Assembly (NCBI GenBank): GCA_963793265.1
Contig: CAWBZI010000001.1
Span: 416,001-480,000, forward strand
DNA from: an uncultured cyanobacterium
Lineage (GTDB): Bacteria; Cyanobacteriota; Cyanobacteriia; Phormidesmidales; Phormidesmidaceae
Direction: 5' to 3'
DNA length: 64,000 nucleotides
Below, piece by piece: positions 62,705 through 64,000 of the stretch. Position 1 is the stretch's first letter; every line of letters starts with the position of its first letter. The translations under genes and the position numbers were made by a program. Below the pieces are notes generated by a model. The model ran no database searches. It had not been told where the DNA came from and saw nothing but the letters and a program-made list of their open reading frames with translations.

Positions 62705-62730
62705 GAGCGCACGTATCACCTGAAAAAACA

Positions 62731-63906
62731 TTGAAGAGAATTGCGGTTGTCCATGAGTGGTTTACTAGCCACGCAGGCTCGGAGAAAGTCGTTGAGCAAA
62801 TTCTTAGGATTTATCCTAAGGCGGATTTGTACAGCCTGGTAGACTTTTTGCCGGATGAGCTGCGCCACATTATCGGGCACAAATCGGTCAATACATCGTT
62901 CATTCAGGCTATGCCTTTTGCTCAGCGCTATTTTCGCAGCTACTTGCCGCTAATGCCGATGGCGATCGAACAGTTTGATCTGTCTGACTATGACCTGATT
63001 ATTTCGAGCCATCATGCGGTGGCAAAAGGTGTGTTGACGCGCCCGGATCAGCTTCATATCAGCTATGTACATACGCCACTGCGCTACGGCTGGGAGCTGC
63101 AGCATCAATATTTGCGTCAGGCTGGGCTCACGCGGGGGGCAAAAAGCGCGCTGACGCGGGCAATTTTGCACTATATGCGGCTTTGGGATGTCACGAGCGC
63201 GCACCGGGTCGATCGCTATGTTGCCAACTCTCAATATGTGGGTCGTCGGATCGAGAAGACCTATCGTCGGGAGGCTGAGGTGATTTATCCGCCGGTTGAT
63301 ACGCAGCGGTTTGTGAGTGACGATCAGCCTAAGCCCCGAGAGGATTTTTATCTGGTGGTGTCGCGGTTTGTGCCCTATAAGCGGGTGGATTTAGCGATCG
63401 CAGCTTTCAACCAGCTCAACCTACCGCTGGTCGTCATTGGCGATGGCCCAAACCGCAAAACCCTACAAAAAATGGCCGCGCCAAACATTCGGTTTTTAGG
63501 CAAACAGCCAGACAGTGTGGTAGCAAATTATATGCAGCGCTGTCGGGGGTTTATTTTTCCACCTGAGGAGGACTTTGGCATTACCCCGGTAGAAGCCCAA
63601 GCAGCGGGGGCCCCTGTAATTGCCTATGCAAAAGGCGGACAGGCCGAGACAGTCGTGCATGAGCGCACCGGATTACTGTTTGCACGTCAGACAGTCGAAA
63701 GTCTGGTACATTCGGTCGAAAGGCTACAGGCAGGTGTGGATCAATTTGAAGCAGATGCGTTGAAGCAGAATGCTGAACGATTCTCGACTGCCCGCTTTCA
63801 GGCGCAGTTCAGCGCTTTTGTAGAAAATGCATGGGTGCAGTTTGTAGCAAGCGCGCGGCCTGGCTCGCTAGGTCATCAGCTAGAGGAGGTCGATAGAACA
63901 CTGTGA
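62731..63906 (+). CDS. Glycosyltransferase family 4
   Basis: IAVVHEW....GSEKV, YVHTP.RY.W, SRFVPYKR, EEDFGITPVEAQAAGAPVIAY. Confidence 0.93.
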   Translation: MKRIAVVHEWFTSHAGSEKVVEQILRIYPKADLYSLVDFLPDELRHIIGHKSVNTSFIQAMPFAQRYFRSYLPLMPMAIEQFDLSDYDLIISSHHAVAKGVLTRPDQLHISYVHTPLRYGWELQHQYLRQAGLTRGAKSALTRAILHYMRLWDVTSAHRVDRYVANSQYVGRRIEKTYRREAEVIYPPVDTQRFVSDDQPKPREDFYLVVSRFVPYKRVDLAIAAFNQLNLPLVVIGDGPNRKTLQKMAAPNIRFLGKQPDSVVANYMQRCRGFIFPPEEDFGITPVEAQAAGAPVIAYAKGGQAETVVHERTGLLFARQTVESLVHSVERLQAGVDQFEADALKQNAERFSTARFQAQFSAFVENAWVQFVASARPGSLGHQLEEVDRTL

Positions 63907-64000
63907 CCATTTACCAACCGTCTCCTTACCGAGGCGCAAATACGGTTAGCTTGAAGCAGGCGATCGCCCATGTTCGCACCCGCCCCTGGCTCACGCTCGT
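63903..64000 (+). CDS. Start of the next polysaccharide-locus gene (partial; possibly a priming sugar transferase)
   Basis: GTG overlaps the GT4 stop (GTGA); open to the window end: MTIYQPSPYRGANTVSLKQAIAHVRTRPWLTL. Confidence 0.5.
   Translation, partial: MTIYQPSPYRGANTVSLKQAIAHVRTRPWLTL

Overview
This is a cyanobacterial chromosomal window. It has dense HIP1 GCGATCGC octamers, psbK, Tab2, an SpkB-type kinase and NhaS3; the lineage looks like Leptolyngbya or Synechococcus PCC 7335, which is inference only. Most of it is housekeeping: a two-component signalling cluster, tRNA-Thr(UGU), dnaX, pheT, tgt, cobS, leuD, sds, murI, rplU-rpmA, metG, queF, mtnP, avtA and rimM. The right end holds a Kdo (kdsA/B/D) + TylF + Wzm/Wzt + glycosyltransferase polysaccharide locus. 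Two small AT-richer, HIP1-free islets stand out. (i) Directly after metG (35.6-37.2 kb) is a compact three-gene operon: a stand-alone colicin-E3-type rRNase, a small acidic protein and an ImmA/IrrE-type HExxH metallopeptidase with no HTH. This is the best candidate for an undescribed protease-triggered toxin-antitoxin or anti-phage system. (ii) Between rimM and kdsA are a hypothetical protein, a VapBC pair and a RelE/ParE-like TA pair whose toxin is a pseudogene. Features missing from the ORF track include psbK, an ISL3 relic, an IS200/IS605 right-end hairpin that supplies the cobS stop codon, an A9 slippage candidate in dnaX, a frameshifted solute-binding protein, and two small membrane-peptide ORFs, one behind a structured leader. 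All calls come from reading sequence motifs by eye; no searches were run.
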